NCBI RefSeq assembly: GCF_009914755.1
Contig: NC_060934.1
From: the human T2T-CHM13v2.0 reference genome, Homo sapiens
Length of the DNA stretch: 64,000 nt
Reading direction: 5' to 3' (one strand)
Made by a program: the position numbers and the translations under genes. The notes under the pieces are model-generated. The model was not told the DNA's origin. It saw only the letters and a list, made by a program, of their open reading frames with translations, and searched no databases. Shown one piece after another: positions 30,524-43,561 of this stretch. The stretch's first letter is position 1; each line of letters begins with the position of its first letter.

Positions 30524-33292
30524 AGCCTCGTTTCCTGTTGCCCCTGCAGGCTCTTTGAGTCCTGAGAGCTCATTTATCTTGTTCATTGTTGTGGCACAGG
30601 AGCTGGCACAAGTACATCTTCAATGAACACCAAATGATGTTTGTGGTCACTCCTCACAGACTCACCCTCAAGCCCTAACACAACTGTCAAAGCATGGAAT
30701 TCCTAATCCATCTTATAAACCACTGAGACAGGCTGCCAATCAGATGCTGAGACTGAAAAAAAGGAAGAAAGGGTGTCTGGTTGGTTACATTAAACATCAC
30801 AGCTGGCACTTAAAGGAAGTGGAAACTAGCTTTCTGACCTCTGTGGTAATCAGCTTACACGGTGAAGCAGGAGATTTGAATCCCCTTATCTACTCCTAGA
30901 TGAGAATATTATGTCTCATTTACAGTTACAGCCTCCTGGACCAAAATATCATATTTTATGAGTAATAATAACTGTAAGTAAGATGAAAGCCATCGCAAAA
31001 GAAAATGAAAGCATTTAAAATACAACAATTACTGAAATAAAATCATCTTTAGGACATTTTTTCTGACAAGTTCTCTTAGGTTTTATTAATTTCTTCTAAG
31101 AATAACACCGTGAATCTTTTTTATGAGTGTTTGGATCCTTCATGCACAATCTTTGCATTTATTCACTTAAGGCTATGGTACAAAACAGTGTGGGATCTCA
31201 GCCCATTTCCTGCTTTTTTTTTTTTTCTGTGTTAACATCTTGAAAAAGGAAATGGTAAAGGGTAGATTGTCTAATGGTATAAGAAACCTGTGCATGTACA
31301 CATTTTGTAAGCAAAATAATGAAACATAACAAGCACAAAATTATAAGACGGTCAAATTTCAAATGATGACATATACATTTATTCAGTAATTCTAGAATTT
31401 TGCAATATTTCCTTATATGTCTTCAGATAATTTCAATTCCTTCCACTTTCTATTCATTCCATTTAATTCTTTTCCAGAACTGCTTACCATTACCTATGAA
31501 ATAATCAGCTTATTTTCTGTTTAAAATGTTTCTTAGTGAACTCTTTTATCTAAATGCTAATTAATTATTTCCTTTAAGCTTCTTAAGGGGTTTTCTACAT
31601 TCTATTAACAGCACACCTGCAATGTCAAATGAAAGATAAGGTTTATGAGCCATGTAAACTATGATAAAACATTTTGAACTGTCTATGACATCCTGGCGGG
31701 AAAATAATGGCAGTGTCTGGTTTTTATAACGCAATACTATTGTATTAAGGCCACTAAAGTCATTTCAAACATTGACAGCATAAAGTAGTTTTATCCTGAT
31801 AAATGAGCAATTTAGCAAAGTGTTTTAAGAAACAGAATTATGGTTCACTTTATCTACGCACGTATGTGTATATGTACATTAAATTTTTTTCAAACTTTTC
31901 AGTCACGGTAAATAATTCATAGAACGTAATAGAAATATTGCAATTTTCCCAAATTTCCAAATAGTTGGTATGACTAATTCACTTAAATTAATAGAAAACT
32001 TCATTCATAGAAATTGTGATACACGATTAGACAGAGTAGAATATGTTAACAGTTGGTTTAAGTTTAGACCAACTCAACAACTATGAGTCAATAATTTAGT
32101 GGGTAAGTAATCATGTATTAATTAGGTAGACAAATAATGATTAAGTGTCATTACTTATTTAATGACTAGAATAAGTAACGGTAAGAAAACAAACTGTCTT
32201 AAAATTATCTTTTAATTATTCTTATATAATAATCTCAAACCACTTCATTGTCATGTAAACTACAACTTGATAACAACTAGATTTTAAGCCCCTTGTCTTA
32301 TTCATCTTTGTAATGCCAAATTCTTACTGGCTGTACATATAGTATAGACCCAATAAATATTTATTGAATACATAAATGAATTATACATGGTAGAGAATTT
32401 TGTTTTCCAAGTTTTGTTTTATTTTTGTTTTCTGGGGCTAACAATCTACTCTCTTGGCTACAGTACCTGAGATAGCCTTCCTGGCCCCCGTGCTGGGCTC
32501 TGAGCTCTGACAATGTAAAAATCCAAGTTCACCAGGTACACTGCAGAGTTTTCTTCCCAATATTTTGATATTTAATGATTCCTAAAGTGCATGGCATTTC
32601 TTCATGCCATGTATTTCATGACCAAAAAAAAAATTGCATTTCTTAATCAGTGATTAAGAATTGACCATTTAAAAATGAAGATTTTTACGTAGAAGCATAA
32701 TACTGAAGATAAAATGGATGCTTTTAAGCATTTATATCTCTATATATCATTTTATCATACATGTTTGTATGTATCTATGTATGTATACGTATATGTGTAT
32801 GCATGCATGTGTGTTTCTCAATATCTCTATCTATCTGTCTGTCTAGTAATATTATCATCTCTCTAATCTCCTTAATGGGGAAGGGACCCTGCAGAGGATG
32901 AATTGCTCCAGGCCAGCCCTTTACCCTGGTTATTATACCATTTCTTCAATCTCTTATAAGAAAGTTCACTATAGAAAACAGACTAAAGAGGAGTTACTTT
33001 AATTGAAGTGGTTCAAAGCCACTGGTGAACAAAAAATATCTTTCATTGGAACAGAAAAATTTTAGGTGGCAGTTCTAGACCTAGCTCTGATATAAACTGC
33101 ATGTACAACACTGGGGAAATTTATCAACCTCCCTGGCCTTATGTTAACACCTATAAAAGAAAAGAATTGGGCAAGATGTTTTCTACAGTCCCTTAAATCA
33201 CTAAAAATGCTTTGACCATAACAGAAATAAATCAATCTTGCTTAAAATTTTGTTTTAAATCATAGCTATTTCCTGCAACTTATCTTTTCAGG

Positions 33293-34072
<780 letters not shown>

Positions 34073-34605
34073 AAATATTAGGAAACAAATATAATATTTT
34101 GCATATAAATTGCATTTTTAGCTTTATGTATTAAATATATGGTTGGTGGAATAAGCATTTATAACAAGACATAACCCAGTTTCAATTATTTTTCCTTAAA
34201 TCACATCTTATTTTAATTCATTACAAATACACTGCATTACTAATCCAAATTGTAGAAGTCTGAAATTTCTTTAGAAAAAATATTAATTTGCTGGTAATAA
34301 GCATTTTTTTGAAAATGTCTCTACCTTGAAACAAAACACAGCTACTTAAATAGTCTTATTTTCTCCTGCCTCTAGTTTTTAGAGGCAGTAAAGGGAAGTG
34401 GTTAAGACCTTTGCCTTAAGAGACCATCAGGATTCAAGTTCTGATTCTGCTGCTTCCTAGCTACTGTATGGGACCTTAGACAAGTTACTTGGCTATGGTG
34501 TCTCAGTCTCCGAAATAATAAAAGCATTAATCTCTTATGGTTGTTGGGTCAATTAAAAGAATTAATACATGTCAAAGTCTCAGATGGTTATTGTCTCATA
34601 GCAAG

Positions 34606-34950
34606 GGCTATAGCGTGAATGTTTGTGTCACCCCCACATCAAATTCATATGCTGAAATCCTAACTCTTAAGGTGATGGTATTCGGGGGTGAGGCTTTTGG
34701 AAGGTGATTAGGTTGTGAGGGCAGGGACCTCATGATTAGGATTGGTGTCCTTATAAAAGAGACAGCAAAATGCTAGCTAGCTCCTCCCACCATGTGAAGA
34801 CACAGTAAGACCCTTTCTATGGACAAGGAAATGGGCCCTCACCAGACACTGAATTCGCTGGCACCTTGATCTTGGACTTCATAGACCCCCAGAACTATGA
34901 ATAATACATTTCCATTGTCTTTAAGCTAGCTAGTTTATGGCATTTTGTTA
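34606..34950 (+). mobile_element. MLT1A-type LTR
   Basis: gaatgtttgtgtcaccccc...aaattcatatgctgaaatcctaac; ggccctcaccagacactgaat. Confidence 0.8.
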
Positions 34951-35012
34951 TAGAACCCTGAATGGACTTTGCCAGTGAGCTATTCAACACATGCTACATA
35001 TTAGTCTCTCTT

Positions 35013-35122
35013 TTTTAAATTTTTTAAATTATACTTTAAGTTCTGGGATACATGTGCAGAATGTGCAGGTTTGTTACATAGGTATATACGTGCCATGGTG
35101 GTTTGCTGCACCCACTGACCCA
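35013..35122 (-). mobile_element. Very short L1PA 3' terminal insertion
   Basis: ttatactttaagttctgggatacatgtgcag; TSD attagtctct at about 35000 and 35122. Confidence 0.88.
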
Positions 35123-37753
35123 TTAGTCTCTTTCTTTTTACTACTTGTAACTTCCTGCCATGAATAGACTGCATAAAACAACTCTGACCCATGACTTACC
35201 CGATCACAAACATTATGTAGTCCTCCAACACATATATAAACATGTTAAACATCATCCAACTGTTGACCCCATCCAACATTCTGCTATTTTTCTCTATTAC
35301 TTTATATTTGTTGAAGTACCACCCTCCTTTAAAACCCAGCTCATATTTTATATCCTACTGATAGTCTTCGTAGATCACCCACGTATGACTTCTTCTCACT
35401 CCCTCTCCTATATTCCCATAGCACAAGGGTGAAGCTCTTAAACACAGCATGCCTTGGAGTTATTTGTGCATACTATGTCCCATTTGGTAGACTATCACCT
35501 CCAGGAGAGTAGGGTCTGTACCTTTTCAACTTTGTATCCCCTATAGTACCCAGCAGAGAATTTTACACTTAGTAGAGCCTCAATAAATGGTTGTTAAACT
35601 TGGTTGAACCCACATATTTTTTTTTCTTTGTGGCAGATGCCCTAAGACAAAACATAAAATAAATGAATTACTTTTCTTATTTCCATTGCAATATATATGC
35701 CCTGGGCTAGTGGGTATTTGCAAGCCTGGTTTAGAACTTAGGGAAGTCATCAATCTAGGAAAGGAGAGGAAATACATTTTAAATCACAAAAGCAATATAG
35801 CCTTATATAAGGCCTTCTTAGCAAAGCAATTATCAATGGCTCAATAACCCAGGTGCTAGTGTTATTATGAACAAAAGTCTGAGGCTGAGAGACAATGAGT
35901 GATCTTAACTTTTATATTCCATAGGTATGCAACTCAATGGAACATGTACAGATGGAAGGTTTAGATCTGAGAATCATATCTGTGTATTACAATGCAAATA
36001 ACTGACCATCCTTCTAAAGAACATCTGTTGAAACATCTGAAAGCAGTTGTTTATACGGCTGCCAAAATGCTAAAAAATATAATAATTCTCCAGTGAGGTT
36101 AGAAATATCCAGGGGAAGAAAAATACTTTTTTATGTAGTTCTGCTTTATTAAATCTTGTTGTTTTTTCTCTAATATGGCACATAGGAGATGCTCAATAAT
36201 ATCTGTTGAATGAATAGCAGAAACTCATTAAACAGTTGTTGAATGAATCATCTCTGTTTTTTTAGACTTATAAGGCACATTTTCAGAAAACTGTATGCCC
36301 AAGTTTTACCACATTGTATACCATTTTTATTTGGCATAAATTTAAGTACTGCTGCTCTTGCCCTGAACATTATAAGATGTAATGAGCACGGATATCTATA
36401 AGAAAAACTATCTTTTAACACTACAGAAAATGTATAAATAAACCTAGATATACAATAGCAGTATTTTTAATTATCTTAATATGTCACTTTTATTATTATG
36501 GGACACTTAAACTTTGAGTTGTGAGCTCATATGAATCATATTCGCTTCAAAAAACAAAATAAAATTTAAAATTCCTGCTAACGTGTATAGTTATGATACC
36601 TCTTAGAAGATTGTAACTTTGGATTTAAAAGCACCAAAATATTCTGGTATGTGAAGAAGAAGACTGCAGAAGATGAAGAAGCCATTTCTCCCCATACCCC
36701 CTTTCTTGAATTTCCAGCAGCTCTTTCTTCCATACTCCTGTGTAAGTGAGGCAACTGCACTCCCCAAAGACTGCCCAAATTTTACTCTGCCAGGTTTCAG
36801 CACAGAAAGAGCATGTTAAATAATACATGTGAATTTGAGTGTAACTAATAAAATTGGAACGTTAAATAGCAGCATGTTTTTGAAAACCAGCCTCCTTGTG
36901 ATGACGTTCCTTGTGCAAGTCCATGGGAAATAATTCTGAAGGGAGTGTTATTAATTAGTAATGTAATTTATCTTCTGGAAGCCCTTTCCTTTGATGGCCG
37001 CTGTGGTACAGTTTATAAGCCTCCAAACAAGTGCTCAAAGAAAACTGTTCAAACCACAATTTCAGCTTTGTTTTCACCCTTGAACAGATAAGAGTAAAAC
37101 TTATTTTGGTATATCTAAATTTTACACATGCCTCTTTATGGTGGAGGATTATGAAGTTATAAATATATATTTATGAAGAGTTTTTAATGAAATGGTAAAA
37201 TGTCTGGGATGTAATAAGAGGATAAAATAGTAGACTCCAAAATTAAATTCATGGCTTCTGATTCCAGATTTCTTGGTTTCAGTTCTCACCACCCTATATG
37301 AGGTACGCAACTATGGCAATATACTTAATTGTTCCGTGCCTCAGTTTCCTCAACTACGCTATGAAGGTGATAGCAAAAATTATCTCAAAAGGATATAGGG
37401 TGTTCAAAATAGTGCCTGGCAAATAATAACAAATTATTATTATTACTGATTCACAATAATTTCAAATTTATAAAGGAAAAATGAAGAGTGAGGAGGGTTA
37501 CCTTGAAGGGAATTGGTAAAATGTTAATATGTACTTCTAAATGACATGATTATGGGCAGTTCTTTTCTGCTTTGTATACTTTTCAGTATTTATTCTTTTA
37601 AAATAAACTCAAAGAATTAAGTTTTATGCATCAATGGCTTGATGGAAATTAAGGCGGAAATTTGGAATAGGTTAAAATGTATAACTGATTAGACTGCAGC
37701 ATTAATGAAATATTAATTAAGCCTATTGTGATGTGACAGAATTAACATTTACC

Positions 37754-37937
37754 TTATTTTACTTAATTTTAAGTACATTCTGACAAATTACTTTTTAAAG
37801 TTCAACCAATGTCAATTTTACATTCATAAAGTCAAATGTTTATTTTACTTAATTTTAAATACATTCTAACAACAAATTACTTTTTAAAGTTCAACCAATG
37901 CCAATTTTACATTCAGAAATAAAGTCAAATGTTTATT
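37754..37937. repeat. AT-rich tandem duplication (two units of about 86-93 bp)
   Basis: ttattttacttaattttaa...caaattactttttaaagttcaaccaatg...aaagtcaaatgttt repeated at 37754 and 37840. Confidence 0.9.
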
Positions 37938-38289
37938 ATAATGTCAATATTTCAACCTACTAAAACTAAAAATATTTTAATTTTTGATTTAAAAAATCCC
38001 ACGCAGAAGTCCCAAAGGTGCCTTTCATGTTTAAGCTTTAATTAGCAACCACTTTGGTCTCTGACACATATTGCGCAGATATTGAAGTGTTAATATTACT
38101 GCAGCTTGATTACAAAAGGCAATGATTAATTTTAAAGCAGACAAAAAAGATATGCCCTGATTACAAAGGAATGATTAAGGCGGAATGTCAGACATTGCAC
38201 ATTTATAGCAGTCTTTGCCATCGTCAAAGTATAAGACTTTGTAAAAGTTTATATTTAGAATCACAGTTACTTTGTACTTTATAATATTC

Positions 38290-39190
38290 AGTGTTTGCGC
38301 CTTGGATACCGGGCAACCCTACTCCAACTGGGCCTAAGACCTTTGGGGTTCACATGCCCAGGGCAAACCTGCCCCCCACAGGATGGTCCCAATGAGCCGC
38401 CGTAGTTTAAGTTCTCACAGGCAAGGCCCGACCTGAAGCACTGGCTCCAGCCTTAGGGAAGGTTTTGGCCGTGGGTTTTGTTGGCACGTACCATTTTGCT
38501 GAAAGACAGAGCACCTTGAGGACGTTATCCCTAAAATGAGAGAGGACTGGGATTGAAAGGCTGACTACAGAAATGGCTGCTGCCCAGACGCCCTCAAAAG
38601 CCAAGGTCTTGGCAGCCTTTTTATTTGCCACCAAAGCGAAAAACAAACCCAGGGAGGGACGGAGGCCTGAGTCAGGGGTTCCGCCAGGGAAAAAGGCAGA
38701 CCTTGAAACTGCCCTCTTAGGGCGTGAGGGAGAAAAGCCCGGTTTGTAAACTGTAACGGGAAACAAAGGCTGAGGGCAGGAAGGGGCAGCAGCGGCCAGC
38801 GTCCCTAGACCCTCAGACCCCTCAGACACCGTCTGGCGTCGGGCTCCATCTTCTTGCTGGGCTGGCGACAGAGGGTTGGAGACAGGTCTATCTGGGAATG
38901 GTTCTAGAAGAATCCATCTTCTTTATTCTGCTTTCCAGGATCCTCAGAGTTGGTTATAAAATATTTAAGGGCGAGAAAAGGATCGCAGGAGCCAGGCCCT
39001 GAGATGAGCTTGGAGTCCCTGTTTCAGCACATCATCTTCACCGAGCATCAGGCGGAGGAGAGTCGCCGTTTGATGCGAGAAGGTCGGGGTATTTCTGTCC
39101 TTTGCATGGGGCCTTTTGTCTTCTGATGCTGGGTGCTTGGAGCAGAAGGAAATCCCGAAGGCAGTGGTCAGAGCCGTTAGGGGAGCTTGC
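38290..39190 (+). promoter_or_regulatory. CCDC172: CpG-enriched promoter and probable non-coding first exon of CCDC172
   Basis: Abrupt rise in GC and CpG against a very AT-rich background; candidate exon-1 donor AAG|GTCTTG at 38606; exact TSS not determinable from sequence. Confidence 0.7.
39004..39082 (+). CDS. CCDC172: CCDC172 first coding exon segment ([26 protein letters not shown] + 1 nt); the exon starts at about 38939 with 65 nt of 5'UTR
   Basis: ATG at 39004 in a CpG-rich region; acceptor ctttattctgctttccAG ends 38938; donor G|GTCGGG at 39083; splices in phase 1 to the next exon to give an open coiled-coil ORF matching my memory of CCDC172. Confidence 0.92.
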
Positions 39191-39294
39191 ATGCCATGCT
39201 GAGGGAAAGACAACTGAAAGGTGGCTTATCAAACGCCACCAAAATGGGGACTTTAGAAAGATTGATGTGTTTAAAGATTTAATTTTTATTACAG

Positions 39295-39380
39295 TAAGGT
39301 CGGAAATAACCAGATGTCGTGAAAAAATTAAGAAAGCAACGGAGGAGCTGAATGAAGAGAAAATCAAGCTGGAATCTAAG
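39295..39380 (+). CDS. CCDC172: CCDC172 second coding exon ([29 protein letters not shown])
   Basis: Acceptor tttttattacAG at 39294, donor AAG|GTATTG at 39381; 86 nt completes the phase-1 codon; K/E-rich heptad-like sequence. Confidence 0.93.
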
Positions 39381-40116
39381 GTATTGAAATGTAAAGCATA
39401 CTAATTATCACTTGAAAAAGCCTGCCTTAACTTGACTTTTGGGGGATATTTCAGTGTTTAACCAGTTGTCCTTCAAGTAGGAAGCACGTTACTCTGTGCT
39501 GGCTGTTTTAGTTCCATGTTGCCTGGTGATGTTTAAAGTTCTGAATCCCGTGACACCTTCAATTCCAAGACGAATTTGCCCTAAATAAACTAAGGTAATG
39601 AAGAATTCATTGTCCATTTTGTGGGATGGTTAAGGTTTTAAAAGAGCACAATGTCATTAGAAGAATCATTATTCCACTTATTTAATAAGTAGTTGGTGCA
39701 GTATATACATTTTGAATGATAAATAATTTGTGTGCTATGTTGATATAACAATTGCATGTAAATTTCAAACAAGCCCCTGCCTTTAGTTTTAAAAGTCTCT
39801 ACCACATTTTAGACATGCCTTGCGTCCGAAGTATACCTTTTCCATTAGCGTTTCTCTCTTTCCTGCAGCGTTTGTAATGTTCTGTTATTTTAAAAAGAAG
39901 CAAGAGAGTCTGATGGCTTCTTGAAGGATGGATAGAATTTTGAAGAGGCAAATAGAAGGAAGTAGTAGGAGGAAAGCGTTCCAGACAGAAGGAGGAGGCA
40001 GATATGTGCAGTGCATATTGGGAAAGGAATCTAGTCAAAGCAAAGGGCTGATATCTGGGAATAGCAGAAAACCGTTGCAAGTTCCTGATCAGGGAGCAGT
40101 AAAAGTGGGTTTAGGT

Positions 40117-40238
40117 AGCCTAGTATGGTGGCACATGCTTGTAGTTCCAGTTACTCAGGAGGCTAAGGTGAGAAGACAGTTGTTCAGTTTAATGCCAGCC
40201 TGGGCAACATAGTGAGACCCTGTCTTTAAAAATAAAAG
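40117..40238 (+). mobile_element. FLAM / free Alu monomer
   Basis: gtggcacatgcttgtagttccagttactcaggagg...cctgggcaacatagtgagaccctgtct. Confidence 0.8.
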
Positions 40239-41029
40239 GTAGTTTTAGGAGGATCTTTCTGAGCTCTGATTGGGAAGATGGGAATAGACTATTAGGAAGC
40301 TAAGAATATTATTTAAGTGTGCCACAATGAAGGCCTCGCTATGGGTGGGGACAGAGAGTTATTCAAAAATATTTATTAAGTACCCAGTGATGAACTAAAC
40401 AAGCACTGTGTAATATGAAGTCTGTTTGAGGAAGTCTGTCTGCTTCAAATATAACTATTTTAACTTACCACTTTGAGGAATTTTCAGTTTTCTTTGGGAA
40501 TGAAACAATCAGAGAACACTTCTCCATCTGGCGAATTTCAGCTTTTCTTTCCAGGTGTTGCTCAAACATCACCAATAAAGCCTTCTTTATTTATACAATA
40601 TTTATTATTTATACAATAAAGACATCTTGGTAAAATTTTAAAATTAAACAATGATACATACTTGTATTTGTGTTTGTATCCCCCACTATTTTGTGAGCTG
40701 CGTATCTGGAATTTTTTTCCTTATCCATCTTTTATTCTCACTGCCTGTTATCTAACAGTATATAGTATACAGTAGTGTGTTGAAAGAATTGAGTACTAAT
40801 AGTTTGATAGATAATAGGGAGAGTCTTTTAAAATAGAATTTGTAACGGTTATTCAGTGAGATCCTTCCTCCTGTTTTGCCTGTGAATAGTAGGTAAACTA
40901 GCTGCTACCAGCAATGCTGAAAGCTGGTGGTATGGGCAAAACATTAAGAATGTTATGATGCAACTTTCTTTCTCTTGAAAAGGAATTAAGACACTTTCAG
41001 GATTGATATCTAGAAGCTAATAGAAGTAA

Positions 41030-41190
41030 TGGGCAAAATATGAGCACTTACTGTATGCAGGGGCACTGTTCTAAATGCTTCTCCTGTATTAACTCTTTTA
41101 ATCCTAACAGGAATCTTGTGATGAGACCCCATCATTATCCCCTTTTTATGAGTGAGGAAACTGAGAGGTAAATGACTTGTCCACGATATA
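41030..41190. mobile_element. MIR
   Basis: attatccccttttt...atgagtgaggaaactgagag core. Confidence 0.7.
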
Positions 41191-43561
41191 TAATTCAGAA
41201 ACAATTAAACTACCATAATGAAAGTAACAATTGAGTAATAACAGCATATTTTATTAAAGCAGATTTCTTAAGCTCACTTTAAACATTTTTCGTCATGACA
41301 TTCATGTATAATAATATAACTGAAGTTTTGTATCTTGTTTAGGTTAATATTTTTAAAAGGTTGCTTATACAAGTTTTTGTACAAAATGCATTTTTCCTGG
41401 ATTGGTGAGGATATTGACCTGATATAATATATTTTTTAATGTTACTCTGTAATATTTTCTTTGTTAGCAAAGTTTTGTTTTGTCTGCAAATGGAAATGTA
41501 ATTTGTTGATATATACACATACATTAAAAAATGTTGATTCAGTTGTTTTTACTAGAAAGAAGACAGAAAAGGCCTACCATTGTTTAGAAACATTTGTTGA
41601 AATTACTAATTAATATAGGTTCATAAGCATGCATTGCTTTTTAACCAGCTCATATATGTGGGTAATAATACATTTGTATCTTACTAATAAAATTAACATA
41701 TGAGGGTCACAGTTCATACAATACTAATTTATAACTGAAATAGTTTGATTTGTATTATAGTCAAGATGGTATGTATATGTGCATAAAGATTTTAAAAGTG
41801 GAATCACAATTATAATGCATATGACTAATGGGAAGAACTGAAGAACTAATCCTAAATTGATTTCTTGTTTCTTTTATTCTGAGTTAATTATATGTCTGCC
41901 AATAACAATGAAAATATATTTACTTGAATATTTGACTTGGCATTTATTGACCCATTTATCAAACAGTAGCAGCACAAGGAGAAACTATTAATAGAACATA
42001 ATTTGAATAGAGCAGTGCTTGAGCTATTGTACAGTCATACATTCAGAAAATTTGGGGGGCATTTATTTTGGATGTTGTTTCTGGTCAATAAATGTATTTG
42101 GGAAGTACAGTATTCATTTTTTTTCTTTTATGTAAAACCCGGATAGCATGTAATTAGAACTTGAATGATAGCATTTGCCTTGCAGGGCTCAATGAGTCTT
42201 TTAAAATATATGGTTGCAAAAGTCTCAGGTTATATAGTATGAGTACTTTATGAATTGGACAGCTACACTATGCCTGGTTAGGTTTGGTAATATGAAAACA
42301 GAAAAATGAGAACATGCCCTGGATTTGCATTCATGCTTACCAATACATCCAAAACTTCTGATAGTTAAGGAAAAGTTGTATAGTATTGATGACAGGGCAA
42401 ACCAAAATTAAGGACTGACAGAACATTGGTAGTTTCTTTTAAACATCTAAAAGAGCTTCTTCTATTTTTAAAAATGGCATATAATTAAAATTTTGACATT
42501 TAATTTTTATAAACATATTACATAAAACTCAATATAATGCCATATTCCCTTAAGAGGGAGTAAATGGAGGAAAATCTGAGGCTATTTTGTGAATATTTTG
42601 TTTATTTTTTCTGTTTCCAATTTTAACTTGTGTAAACACCATAACAATAATAAAAGAATATTTCATGAATTTTTAAAGGAAAATTGTATTGAAATTAAAA
42701 AGTAACTTAAGGTGGCCCCATTTACTTCTTTACCTCAATATGTATGTGTTCTTTTATTTTAATTGGTAAAAGTTAGGAAACCTCCAGAACAGCAGGCAAA
42801 GTCATATCCTTTAGTACTGTATTACCTAATTGGAGAAAGAACAAAATCACAAATTATTATCATTTATAGTATTGAAATGGAGTTTTGTAATTGGAGTGCT
42901 TTTTTCTTTCTTTACACTTAATCAAAAAAATTTAGATCCTACCAATATTTAATTTTATAGTTGGCAATTATTCATTCAACAAACATTCATTGAGCAACTG
43001 CTAAATCACACTATGAATACTTGGCAAATAAATTATATAACACCTTCCTTCCTGAATTACAGGATTGACATCAAGCAATTTCAACTATATAAACCTAACT
43101 GTAAACTCAAAATTTTTGAAGTTCTCATTTAAAGAAAAAATTTGTTTCCATTTTCTCTATGAAATTCTATAAAGAAAGCCTTATCATGTTTGTCATGAGT
43201 AATTATCCAAAACTTGGAAATAGGCAAAAAAGGTCACTGAGTGTCCTTTGAGTATTGTATTAGACATTGTCCAGTAGCTCACCTTCCTGAGGACAGTCAG
43301 GTTTATGGGGGTGTGAACCTTTGTAATGGGCTGTTTTTTCTTGGATATGCCAATCATTCTTTGACCCCAGGGCCTTTGCACTTGCTGTTTCCTCTGCTTG
43401 AAATGCTGATTCCATTAGCTGTTATTCTGTCATGCACGCTCACTTCATTTAGATCTCTCCCAGTAGAATCATGTGGGACTTTTAGTGCTAACACTAGGAC
43501 AGCCCCATGCAAATCTTGATGGTTGGTTAGCCTAAGTCTCTGCTCAGTTGTCACCTTAGAG

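Noticed and set aside
32640-32660. 10-bp perfect inverted repeat TTCTTAATCA-G-TGATTAAGAA
   Set aside because: Within chance expectation for 64 kb of AT-rich DNA.
38407-38829. 140-aa antisense ORF at the promoter
   Set aside because: Expected by-product of GC-rich, stop-poor promoter DNA; no independent support.
39102-39404. 100-aa ORF spanning an intron and an exon
   Set aside because: Only 39295-39380 is exonic; the rest is an open intronic frame with a non-ATG start.
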